Shown: piece by piece, positions 1-13,000 of the stretch
Position numbering within the stretch: the first letter of the stretch is position 1
Layout of the letters: every line of letters begins with the position of its first letter
Assembly: GCF_963676685.1 (NCBI RefSeq)
Contig: NC_092356.1
Span: 38,254,001-38,318,000, forward strand
Length of the DNA stretch: 64,000 nt
Reading direction: 5' to 3'
Source of the DNA: Mytilus edulis
Taxonomy: Eukaryota
The notes under the pieces: model-generated
Seen by the model: the letters and a program-made list of their open reading frames with translations, nothing else
What the model was told of the DNA's origin: nothing
The model's database searches: none
Translations under genes and position numbers: made by a program

Positions 1-402
1 GATAATTTTTATGAACACATCTACCAAGATTTACAATTCCCAAAATTGCGGCGATCACACACTTCACCTTTTACCTACTCAATGGAAGCAGTACCTCCCT
101 CGGAGCGAAGCCAGTTGAATTGGTACAGGATGGCCAATGGGGTGTAGTCCAATTTGGAAATGAACTGACATTTTATGAGCTACTTCCATCATTTCTACAT
201 TATTACCACTAGAAACTTCTACGAGGACCACTACACAGAGGTGCAAGAACTTTATTGACTAACTTTCTCTTTGAACTATACTAGATTCTTATTTTACTTT
301 CACTTTCTATTTATATCTATAACGTCGTCATAACAACCTCTATTGTTAAGGCAAACCGCACAACCGCAAAATTTGTACTTCACTGTTTGATTCCATGTAT
401 AA

Positions 403-452
403 TATTGTCCTGAAGACGCCACGCTTGTTGGCGAAACATGTCGACCACAATA
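403..452 (+). ncRNA. Minimal type I hammerhead ribozyme (Penelope-like element LTR type)
   Basis: UAUUGUC-CUGAAGA-c-GCCA cgcuugu UGGC-GAAA-C au GUC-GAC cac AAUA; palindromic ACAUGU at stem III; one extra nucleotide after A9. Confidence 0.65.
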
Positions 453-595
453 AATTAATCACCATGCGGTAATTGATGGGTGTTGTTGTCTTTAATTACG
501 TTTATTTGTTTCAAAAGAGAAAACTCACATTTAAGGAGTAACTGAGAATTTCATTAAATCTATCCTTCTAATCTGTTTATTAAGTAATAAAATTA

Positions 596-690
596 ATGGT
601 ACATGTACCAATTTTCTGGCACCAGATGCATTTTAACAATACATGTCTCTTCAGTGATGCTCATGGCCAAAATATTTGAAATCCAAAGAT
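596..690 (-). pseudogene. Decayed retrozyme fragment with inactivated hammerhead
   Basis: Minus strand GCAUCA-CUGAAGA-GACA..UGUU-AAAA-UGC AUC UGGUGC; GAAA core replaced by AAAA. Confidence 0.5.
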
Positions 691-816
691 GAAGAAGATA
701 TCCAAGAACTTGAGGTTTGGTTCCAAATTTTACAAGAAAATATACTTATTGGGCAAAAATATGAGGCATATGAGCAGTGAACAGCAACACTTATAAATTA
801 AATAATAATAAATTAC

Positions 817-3800
817 CATAATTGATTACTCTGATTTTCAGCCAGATGGGAACACCATCAGTTAGAATTCTAACAAGTGTTATGTTAGAATCAAATGAAA
901 GTCTGATCCATTTCATCTCTACACAATCTCTCTTTGACCTCCCTAAACATATGTCATTGAATTCCAATCCAGAATGTGGATCACTAAAAATAAGGAAATA
1001 CATTGTTAAAATACCATAAACAATATGCGAAAAAGGGAAGATAAAGATCCTGGATTAAAAAAAGGAAAACAAATAATGTGTTCTGATTGATGGAAATGCC
1101 TTATGATATTATAAAATTTAATATTTTGGCGTTTTTGGATAGATCTAATCAGTTTATCTATGTATGTACTGATAATATTAAACTCAATTTCTAAAACTGT
1201 TTGTTAAGTGAAAGCAGTCTATCATTAAAATTTTAAAGAAGAACACATAGGTCTTAATAAAACCGAGAATGGAAATGGGGAATATGTCAAAGAGACAACA
1301 ACCCGATCAAAGAGCAGATTGTCTAGATCTGTCACTGATTATGTAAACTAAGCTTGCATGTCTGCATAAAATTAAAAAAAAAAAAAGTCTTTTCTCTAAG
1401 GTTAACTTATGTACTGGTTATGACCCATCTGTACATTTGTAAAACAAACAACTTTCATATTCCCAGATTATTTTTTTTTCAAGGCTTCAAGTATTTTATA
1501 CCAAGAACTTTAAATAACTTAAGGAATGACTGTAACATTTTTTCTGGTTATGAAGAAATAACCTCAAACATGTGGTGCACACTGAATAACTGTGTAGTGG
1601 GTTATTCAACAGTGTGCACCACATTTTTGAGGTTATTTAGAATAACAGTCAATAGTCAAATCAACTTTCTAAGAGTCTAAATAAATTGTTGCTTTGTTTG
1701 GTTAAAAATCATGATTTTAAGATGATTTCAAAACTTTGTGGTTTGAGGGAAACCATGAAAATAAATAAAAAAATATAGCAAAATACTAACCTAGAGTTGT
1801 GCTTTGCTCTGATGGTGGAGGTTATTTCGTTGTAGCTTATATCATAAATTTCCAAGGCTAAAGGTGGTGAGTTGTCTACAGAAATTGGTGTGGAATGACA
1901 AACAGTGGTAGCCAATGGACCTCCATATTCTACATTATTCAACGCTCTAACTGATATATAGTATCTGGCATCTGCAATATACAAAAAGTAATGTTAAAAA
2001 CAAAAGTAAGACCCAGTTCAAGCTGACTAAAATAAACTATGTAATTGTGCTTTCAGACTTGGGAATATCAAATCAATGAACATACTTTTATTTTTCAGGT
2101 TTGTAATCTTTATTATTTTTAATGAAACATGAAATTAATGAAAATGATGTTTTCCTTTTAATTTCAGATAAAGTTTATTACCTGGCAGTGTTTGATATGG
2201 AGCAGGAATGGGATAAATTGTAGCAGTATGAGTCCACTGGGATACCTCAAACAGATGTTTGTGTGGATCATAATGTGGATGAATCAAATCATCACAGACA
2301 CTCTTTCCAACAAATATTGCATAACCCAACAGTCCACTCTCTCTATCTAGGAATCCATCCCAGTTAGCTGTAAATAAAAAAAAAAGCGTGAACAAGAATG
2401 AACGTCCTTATTACACCATACACTGCTCACTCTTATCTCATTTTCATGAACAGTGAACAGAAAAATCTTGGAGAAAACCCTAATATCCTAACTAAAACTA
2501 GACATCATTGAGGGGGAGCTGGATGATCTCTGTGAGTCCCACTGTAAATAATGGACAAAATTTGTTTGAATAAGCTGATATGACGCACTTTTTAAAGTTA
2601 ATACATGGTCTTGTTATATACAAAACTTGATTTTTTTCTAGGTTTTATAAGTAAAAGTGTTTAATTTAACTGATAAATATCCTATAAACTTTGAAATCAT
2701 AACAGTTGTCAAGATATAGAGCGAACACAATGTCTTACCACAGGACATGGGGTTGTCAGCTGAAACTAGTTTTTGACCTTTCACCTTGCAAGTTAGAATT
2801 ACATAATGACACAGTGACCACTCTGGTGTTGGTTAATGTACAAGTATAAAGTATGAAATCCTAACAGTTCTCAAGATATAGAGTGTACGCAATTTGTTAC
2901 TGACAGACAGACTTGTCAATATAGGGTGACCCATCACTCTTATTAAAACCTGATTTGCTACAGATAGAAATAGGACTCTGATTCCAAAGAAAGATAACAT
3001 TAGCAGCTGAAAATTAAAATATCAACTAAAAATACATAACACAATAAGTTTTATTCCTAGATATAAATACCTGAAATGTATGTGTTGTGTCTTGTGTACA
3101 AGAGATCTGTCTTTGGCTCCAATCCATTGAAAACTGCTTTGGAACCTGGGCCATCTACTATCAATCTACAACAGTTAATTTAATATTCATTATCAATAAA
3201 AAAAAATTAAGCACATTTCACATAATATCTGTGCATACATGTACATAATTATGCAAAACTGAAAAGAAATTGCACTTTTAATTTACAAGATACTACTGTC
3301 TTTACATTAAAAAAAAGTTCATGTCAGCAAAATATCAATGCAGGTAAGACTATACTGCAAAAAAAAAGAAGACAAGTAGGCAAAAAACAAAATATGTAAA
3401 TTTTGCTCTGGATATTGGGCTGTGTTAAAATCAACTAAAAGCTTCTACACAATTTTCATAAAATTCAATGAAGGGTTTGATAAAGTTATTATGTTTTAAC
3501 AAACTTTAACTGTAGACTGAACCTAAATGTGATAGGCAAAAGGAATTATGTAGGCTTGCTATGTCTTGCTATGTCTTGCTCCTTCAATAGGCTACACAAG
3601 AAAGAGTCAACATTATATGGTTGAAAGACATACCTGTGATTTTTTATATTAGGATTAGTCCCATCACAACGTATAATCCAGTCAGGTCTGTGTACCTCGG
3701 GAATGATAGACAGACAGTCAACACGCAGAAGGATGTCTCTACCTGAATTTCTAATGTCTCCTGAAAAAATGTTTTATATAATGCATTGAGATAAGTTCCC

Positions 3801-6800
3801 AAAAGTTACCTTGGAACCCTGAATCTATTGCCATCTGCTGCTGTCAGAGTTAAAGTGTTATGTTAATTGCCAAAATTAAGTAAATTTATCAGACAAATAA
3901 ATAAAAGTAATCAAACTTTTTTCTTCAAGTGCTATTTCTTGATCTTGATGAAACTTTTGTCCGAGTAACATTACCTTTCAAGTATTGCAAAAGTCATTAG
4001 TGTCTGGAAAACTTTAATCTAAGACTGGACCTTAATTTCAAATGCAAAAAAAAACCCAACTAAGGAATATATGGATATATTAAATAAAACATATGTCAAA
4101 TTTTGCTTTGAATACAGTCTTTTCACCATAAAATACTTCTGTCCGAAATTCAAACAATTACATGAAGTTTGGACAAAGCTTATATTGATGTATAGAAACA
4201 TTATCCACAGGCTGAACAGAAATGTTTGAACTAGTACTTTATTTCATAGTTGTGCTTAATCTAATACTTATTCAATAAAAAGCTTTCAAGAACTTATGTT
4301 GTTCTTTTATATGTCAATCAAATCAAAATAAAACTGTTATAGTCATATATTCTATATTCTGTATGTAAATCCTATCTAGACTCTCTGTAATTATAGATTA
4401 TCGTTGATCAACAAGATTGATTTTCTCACTTGAGCCGGGACAGCAAAATCGAGAAAGGCAATCGAGTTGAGATGACCAATGATAATCTGTTTATCCCTGT
4501 TTTACCTTTGACGACATTGTCAATATCATGTCAATTTCATTAGCAACACCACATGCCTCCTTAGTTTCTAGTGATAATTTTCCATCTCAAGCGAGTAGCA
4601 TGATATGAAAAATTATCACAAAAAAAGATCAAAGGAAAAATTCACAAAATAGCAATAATGCAATATATATATATATATTACCTGTAGTCGGTGTAGTCAA
4701 ATCAACAAGGACACCTTGAGTGTTGATTATAGATGTATATCCAAGATAATTCCTAACAAGGAAATTCACAAAGTAAATTGTGTTGTGTTGTAACTGCAGC
4801 TGATCAAAGTTGAACTGTTTAGTCTTTCCTACACCCAATCTTTCATAATGGGAAAAATATCCTGATCTCGATCTTTTATAATGATATCCCTCAATGGCTT
4901 CCACAAGTTCACATGCTCCATCTGTAGAGTCAAAATTAAAACTCATACATTTAGTTGGTGGCAATTCAACACATGCTCTTGCACAATCTCCAGATGAGTG
5001 ATGGTAGGAGTCCTTGCCTGCTTTTGGTCCAACTAATTTTCCTGTGCGTGGGCTAGTAAACATTCCAAACACCTTTCGGTTAAGAGGATCAGACTCTAAA
5101 AAAAATCATATATAATTCAAAAACACAATTTCTACAATGATTCTTATCAAAACAAAATATTGCATCCAAACATTGTTGCTGTGAGTTGTCCTGAAATAGA
5201 AGTTCCAAATGAAAGAGTATTCTAGAAAATTATACATAAATATAACAGTATATGTTCCTAACAGAATAAATGGTATAGAATATTTGATCTAACAGGAATA
5301 AAGTTATGACTTCATATTTCTTTACAGTTTTTCATTCAAAGCAGTTGTCGGAAACTCTCTTTTCAAGTACTGATAAGACTATATGCATGCAGCTTTGGTT
5401 AACAAGTTTATCTCTTTTTTATCTTATTCTAGCAGAACTTTGTCATTTAAAAGGAACATAATAAACAGTCATGGGCTTTGCTCATTGTTGAAGGCTGTAT
5501 AGTGACCTATAGCTGTTAATTTTTGTGTCAATTTGTCTCTTCTGGAGAGTTGTCTCATTGGCAATCATACCACATCTTCTTTTTTTTTTATAAGAAAACT
5601 CTAATTGAAAGAAGTCTCAATGCAGAATATTAATATTCATTAAATGATCTAATATTGAAGCATCAGTGGTGCCATTAGCTTGGTCATCCGACATTAAGGA
5701 TTTTGTACCCTTGTGTTGATTTAATGCTAAACATATGGAAATGTTATAGAAAATTCACAGCCTTTATCCTTGTACTTTCATATTTGGCAATTTAATGACT
5801 GATAGATATAGGATTATTGCAATCAGTGCTAGCATTGATTTCCTTAAAACAATTTTATTCATGTAGTTATTGGTTAAAACAATTAATCAAAGAGCTGAAA
5901 GCTCTGAGGAAAAATGATGCCACTGCCTCTAATATTGGGATATTTTTTATGCAAGTCTTGATTTTCACATAACGTGATAAGTTTAACATTGCAACATGTC
6001 TCGTAAGCATATACATGATATTCGTATATGTGTGTGTAAAGTGAAGATGACAACTGACTGTTTTTTTTTATAGTACAAATGAATAGGTCAAGAGTCAAGA
6101 CTACCTAAATGATCTACAGTATCCAATGACTACTGGTTTTTTTTTTTTGTAAAAATAAATAGGTCAAGACTACCTGAATGATCTACAGTATCCAATGACT
6201 TCTACCTGTTCTTTTGTACTAATAAAAAGGTCAAGACTATTTCAATGATCCACAATATTGAATGACTACTGGCTGTTCTTTTGTACATTACTAAATAAAG
6301 ACTACCTAAATGATCTAAAGTATTCTAAGTAATGTGTAATTTTTTTCTTGCAATTACATTTTTCTAAATCAAGAATACAGACTACTAGTATCCTTTTCAA
6401 ACCAAATGATTATGAAGAGCCTGTTGTAACAAGCTCTTATAACCCCACTAGTCCTATAACATATGACTTTGCATTCTTAACATTTTTATATTGATATTTT
6501 CATTTTTTTTTAAATTTTTGAATGTGAAGTGTGGCACATTGATACATTTAGTAAATTTTTTTTTTATCAGAACAGTAAATAGAAATAGTAAATAATGCTC
6601 CTAAGGTCATATGTTATAGGACTAATTACCCACATACTCATTAATAAGTTACTAGTGACATAGTTATTTCTGTTACTTGAAGCAAATTCTATTTCTAACA
6701 GTCTATTATTTGAACTTGGAATTATTTTTAACTATGGAATTTGCTTGATTTCTTGTTATTGAAATTTTTAATAAATTCCATGATTATTCTGTACTGAAAT

Positions 6801-9800
6801 GTTCTGTGCTGCGCACAACACTTTCTATTACAAAGAAAATAGCATATTTTCAATAGAATGTACTGTGCCGCGCACAACACTACCTAACCAAAATACATTG
6901 TATGGAAAGTGTTATTAACCGCTCAAAAGAACATAATACAAAATAAACATGGAATTTATAAAAAAATTAAACACAAGAAATTATGCGAATTCCATAATTA
7001 AAAATAATTCCAAGTTCAAATAATAGCCTGTTTTCTGTAGATTTACACAATAGCATAATATTGTTATACTAGTTTTATTTCACCTTGAAGATTAGACAAA
7101 TACTCCTTTGATTTGTTTTTCTCATGTCAGTCAGGGTGCTTTATATGAAACTTGAAACCACTTCTCTGCCATATTTATATTTTATAACAACTCTGCCCAT
7201 GACCCATATAATTGATAATCATTCTTTAACCATATATCATAGTAAGATTGTTTTTTATTTTGCACTAACCCACCATCTTTCATGTCAAATTTATGTCTCA
7301 ATTTAAGTTTATGCCATTGAACCGTCATGGTATTAAACACAATTCCAAGTAATTATGCTGTTATAGTGGGTCACCATATATTCAACTTGGGTGGCATTCC
7401 AGTTATTGAAATTTGTGTCAGATCAGAACAATGAATTAGACCTTTACGAATGGATCTCATAATTTAATATGGAGCCATAGTATGCGACCCCTGCCCGGTA
7501 ACAAAAATAAACAAGCTTGAAAGGATACATGTCAAAATTTATCACCAGAGATTACAAGTCAAGAGAGGACGGATATGTCTCCAAAATGCTTGCCAAACTG
7601 GAACTACAACTAGATCTCAAGTCAAGGACAAACAAGGCATTGAAGCCAAAGTTAATATTTATGTAAAAAGTTGTTGAGGGGCTGATTCACGCTATTGAAC
7701 GAATTCCTCAAAAAAGTATGTCCGAAGAGAACCATAACTGCCGAGAAATTAAAAGAATACCACGAACAACTATTGTGGAAAAGCAAGTGAAGAATAACTC
7801 TAACTGTGATTGTATTGACATTCCTCCAAGTAAAATACTGCAAAATAACCAAACTCATCCTTTGTAAGACAGTGATCGCATCAAGAGAGCTTCAAATCTG
7901 TTCTCACGCCCCGCCAATAAATCGGCGCCGCTCTCTCAAACCATTGTATTAAATCCAGCATAGATATCGACAATTTATTCACATGTCATACAAATATAGT
8001 CTGTTACAGACTCTGCTGCTGTAACTTTGTAAACAAAGATTGAGTCTGGCCCAGTCTGGGTCCTTAGCCACTAGCCCCATGCCCCAGACTAATATTAAAT
8101 TTTCAGCTCAGACTAGTAGATTTTAATTATCGCTAGCGGGGGCTGCCCTACTGGACTAGTAAGAAAGATAATGTCCTATCTATGTTATTTGAACATATTT
8201 GAGGTTTAGATTGACAAGTAATGCAGAAAAGATCAGGAAATTAATGTGTAAGAACGTAACGGTCTTAACTATGGAGATCGATAATTATACATTTATCCTG
8301 AGAAAGTGAAACAGAAACGTAAACCAGTCGCAATATTCCTGGTATTTCGATCTGTCTTATAGTCAGTAGAAAGTGGACTGAACACGGACACATTATATTT
8401 TCTTATAATAAAAGCAGTTGTTAAATGTAAAACAAAAAGACTATCAAGTTTTCCCCTGATCAATTATATATCTTTAATGTTTTAACAATGTTTTAGTTTT
8501 ACTTCACATAATCAATAAAAGTATAAAAATAGATTTATGAGTATCTTAACAACATCATGTTGGTACATTTCGATCTTTTTGGCAACAAGAAGGACCAGAG
8601 ACCATGTGTCATCAGACGATTCATACGCAACACGTTTGTATAACCATATTACTAATTTCCGAATATCCAAAACTTCATAAATCTGGATAAAGACTAGTAC
8701 AAATGTATCTATCCAATGCATGTCAAGATGATTCCAATTAATACTTTTTTAATGGTTGTTAAGTTGAAATGGTAAGAAAGGCTGACATTATTTAGGAGAA
8801 CTACCAAGCGTGGTAGGCAGAGAAATGTAATGGAAGTTCAGGTCAATATTATTGGAAACATGCCGCTGAAAGCGTCATTTTCCAAAAATATGGACCAAAT
8901 CAAGTACACCTTTTAGGGTTCCCTCGACTTTAGTGACCTAGCACGAGGTATTTTGGAATTACAAGTGGATTAGAACTTTTTGTAAAAAAAAAACAGAAGT
9001 ACATCATAGAAAAGCAAGTAAGTAATCTATGTTTCAAATTTTATAACAAAAATCTCTGTCTTAAAGGCTGCGGATTTTCTATAAATATCTTGAGTACTAA
9101 GTTCTATTAAATGCAATGAAACAGTAAACAATGATGATTTGCATCAAGTTTTCCCTTGGTATATGTACAAAATGGCCTATCTCTATTATTCATTATACCT
9201 GTAGTCTTGATACAATTGAAGTTTGAAAAGTTCGTACAAAAATGGCAACAGAAGGGGTCATATAAACCTTAAATCATTATGTTTAATCTTTCATTACAAT
9301 GTTTTATTCAAACTTACCAATTGTATAAAACTCACTTTTCAAGTATTTATAGGGTCATAAATTGTCATGCCTCTTATCTAGCTATTTTTTTATTTAGTTT
9401 TCAAGATCCTTTATATATAGAGAGAGAAACATATTCCAATTACCTGCAGTAATATGATTTATATTGCTTTGGTCAAGTTCAACATCTTGCCATGGAACAA
9501 TCTGTTCACCCCATATGTCTTTTCCATAACCCATTGCCACTTTTGTTTCTACAAGCTCTGAATCTTCATAAACTGTTACTGAAGCTTTAATAACTGATGG
9601 GTTACTGGTTGTCTTGTAATCTTCATCAAATCTTCCACCAGGTGGGGTTATATCATATGTTGATAGGTCACATGAAGCTTTGGACTTTTGACCAGAGTCA
9701 TTCTCAGCAGTTACAGTAAAATACAGCGGAACACCAGATGCTTTTAAAACCTATTAAAAAAATTGTCTTCTTAAAAATTACAAAATACTTACAATAATTG

Positions 9801-10090
9801 CATTAACTCAACACAACTATAAAACATAATATGAAGATGCATGAACAACTGAGCAAACTTTTCCTTTGATTTCAAATAATATTTTTTTTACAAACCTCTG
9901 ACAAAATGGTAGCAGGTCCTGCCAGTTCTCTATTGTTTAATACATCTCTACCACCAGGTACAGTTCCGACATCCAAGTATAACCTGACACCACTTCTGTC
10001 ATCCCCAGCATGGATAGAAATTTCAAACTGAGGCTCTGTGTAATCCTGATCAAGAATTTGTCTTACCAAACAATTTGCTGTGGAACGCTT
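817..10090 (-). CDS. Host gene, C-proximal FN3-like modules with embedded PAN/apple domain (9896-10090, 9444-9750, 4682-5095, 3634-3760, 3071-3165, 2182-2367, 1791-1971, 817-983)
   Basis: FN3-like signatures VGTVPGGRDV..LYFTVTAEN, ANWDGFLDRESGL..YYISVRALN..VDNSPP, DPHSGL..WLKIRVIN. PAN/apple pattern DCARAC..KCMSFNFD..CEL in 4682-5095. Confidence 0.83.
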
Positions 10091-13000
10091 CTGAAATTTT
10101 TTATAAACAGTTTGATTAAGGTATGATATGTAAAACATAAATTGTGCAATTTGGCCAATCAGTTTCAACTTAATAAGAAACACTTATATCATTGAAGAAA
10201 AAAGTTAATATGGATCGAGCTATACAATGTAATTACATAAAAATAAATCCATGCTTACAAGTATTAATTAATTGAATAAGAATATTAATTGAATAAGAAT
10301 ATTAATTGAATAAGAATATCAATTGAATAAGAATATTAATTGAATAAGAATATTAATTGAATAAGAATATCAATTGAATAAGAATATCAATTGAATAAGA
10401 ATTGTAGATTGATTAGAAAAAGCATCACACAGTTAAACATGCTCAATACCAAATTTTGAGAAACTTCCTCTACAAATGAACATAGACGATGGTACTGTTA
10501 CCAAATTTCTGGAAGTTTTCTTCCAAAGAATTATGAGGTGCATATTTAGTCAAATCATTGTATTTAAGGAGCTTCTAAATTATTACCAGACCTCCATAAT
10601 TTGAAAGTCTGGAATCAGGATATCCTTAAATCAATTAGGACCTCCTAAAATATTTGGTATTGGAAAATGAAAGAATGAATAAATGTTGATATATATATAT
10701 ATTCTACCACTGCATCGAGTGTGATACGATATTTATCCACTTGAGACAGCTTTTTAAATATTTAAAATTTAACTGTCGAGAGTGGATAAATATCTTATTA
10801 CAAGAGATTTGGTGGTGTAATCTGTTTCTCTAATGATTTTTAAATAATAAGCGTGCAAAATTTTTCTTTCTTTTATAGTGATCTGCGAAAAAATGTCTTC
10901 TTTCTACGTGACGTCATCAGGCATGGTCGCCTTTTTTCATGCTGTCCCAATAGGAAATTCAGAGGAAAGCAAGAAAATTCGATGTCATAATCGGATTTTA
11001 ACCAAGAACTGAGATCTAACAAACCACACCTTGCCTGATGACGTCGCATAGGATAAGAACACATCTTTTTGCAGGTCGTTCGAAAAGCAGGAATAAGAGT
11101 GTTGTATATTGTCTAAATATCATTAGAGAAACAGATTCCACCACCACATCTCGTGCAATACAATATTTATCAACTCTCGACAGTTAAATTTAAAAATTTT
11201 AAAACGTGATGCAGTGGTGGAATCTATATTTATACAATGGGTGCAGATAGGGATAAAATGACAAAGAATTAGAGAAATGTTAATACCCTTTCAGTTCCTG
11301 GTTTGTCAATAAACTCTGTTATGACTGGACTGGTTTTATCTTTTTCATCCTTCCTGTTGTTTAGAATGTTTTGTGTTATACTTGGTGATGAATATTCCCA
11401 CAATGTTGCTTTGTATAAGGTAATTGACCAAATTATCTCAAGTGTTATCAACACCTTCAGCTTAATTCGTATCGGTATCATTACTAGGTCCATAACAATT
11501 CTGAAATTGGCATAATGTAATAAATACATGAATATACACCTGTCAATCTCTGGGACAGTGTATTAGGGAAATCTCCCCCTTTTGTGAAGCTGCCTAGGGG
11601 GAGATAATTTTTAATCAAAATTAACACAATGATTAGCTATAGTTTTTTCTATTTTTTTTTAAATTTGAATGAAGGGATTTTATATAGAATGCCAGTTATT
11701 TTTTATTTAATGCCTTTTATTCCAATTCCAATAAGGATTCGTCAAACGATTTCCTCCAAATTGTCTTAGTTGTAGATCTTGTCTTGCTGATCCTTGCTAA
11801 TTTTAGTTTCTGTCTATGATAGTTTTCAAGAATATCTAAAAAATTAAAAAAAAGGTAAAATTTGTCTGGCAATTTGGACGTTAACAGACAATTGGTAGAG
11901 CTCAATCTTCTGAACATTTTTGCCCCTGTAAGATTTTCTCTATCAATAATAGATTTCAAATATACAAAATGTTAACCATTCATTTAAACATTTTAATTAT
12001 AAAGTCAAACTTCAACAATGTATTATTATGTGAATTGTATATCCGACAGTCACAAGTATTCATCATAATTAAGTTCTATAACAGCAGAAAGGTGGTATTA
12101 TTTCAAAAAACAATAGAACAGAGATGGAAACTGGGAATATTAATGTGTCAAAGAGGCAACTACCTGACCCTAACACTTTAGGTAGTATAATTTGATAGGT
12201 GATATTACCCAACATCCAGAGGAAATTTCTTGAATATCAGCTCTCCTCTGGTTGGAAATCTCAGCTCCATAATATATCCCTCAAGTCTTAAATTGGCAAA
12301 AATGACCAAAATTCCAATTCCTACTTCTCCGTAAACCAATATCCCAGTATATGGTGTTATCTCACCTATTGCCTTCATTCCCATAATATTAACTCCTACT
12401 CTCAAATCTACACCAAAATATATACCAGCACCAACTTCTGCAATAAATACAGTTATAAATAATTACAATTTAATTATTTGAAATTGCACACTTTAGTCTG
12501 AATTTAAAAAAACAAGAAGTAAATTCTTAAAAATATAAGATGAATGATTGTCAATGAGATAGTTAACTACTTTATCTTACAACCTGCAATAATGAGCAAA
12601 ACCATATCACATAGTAGGATATAAAGGACACTGAAATGACAAATGTATAACTATTCAAACAAGAAAACTAAAACGGGACTTATGTACAAAAAAAATAACA
12701 ATAAAAAATCAGCTAACAGTGCCGCCAACCACTGAATTACAGGCTCATGGCTTTAGACAGGTTTGTTTATCTTACAATAAATAGAATGCCTTTGGCTACT
12801 TAGCAGTTTAGTCAATGTAATAATCAGGAATAATCAATATTAAAACAAATTATTTAACCTTTCTATGCACATAAATATGAGATATGACATTCAGAGAGTT
12901 TAATTTGAAGGATTTTTATAAACAGATCAATTAAACCCTTCAAAATCATTGCTGTTTTTCACTAAAAAGCACTAAAATCTTTTTCGCTATTCTCAAAATG

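Noticed and set aside
8500-8975. Higher-complexity stretch suggesting a decayed coding sequence
   Set aside because: Multiple stops in the frames I read, no recognisable motif, and not needed for host exon phase continuity.
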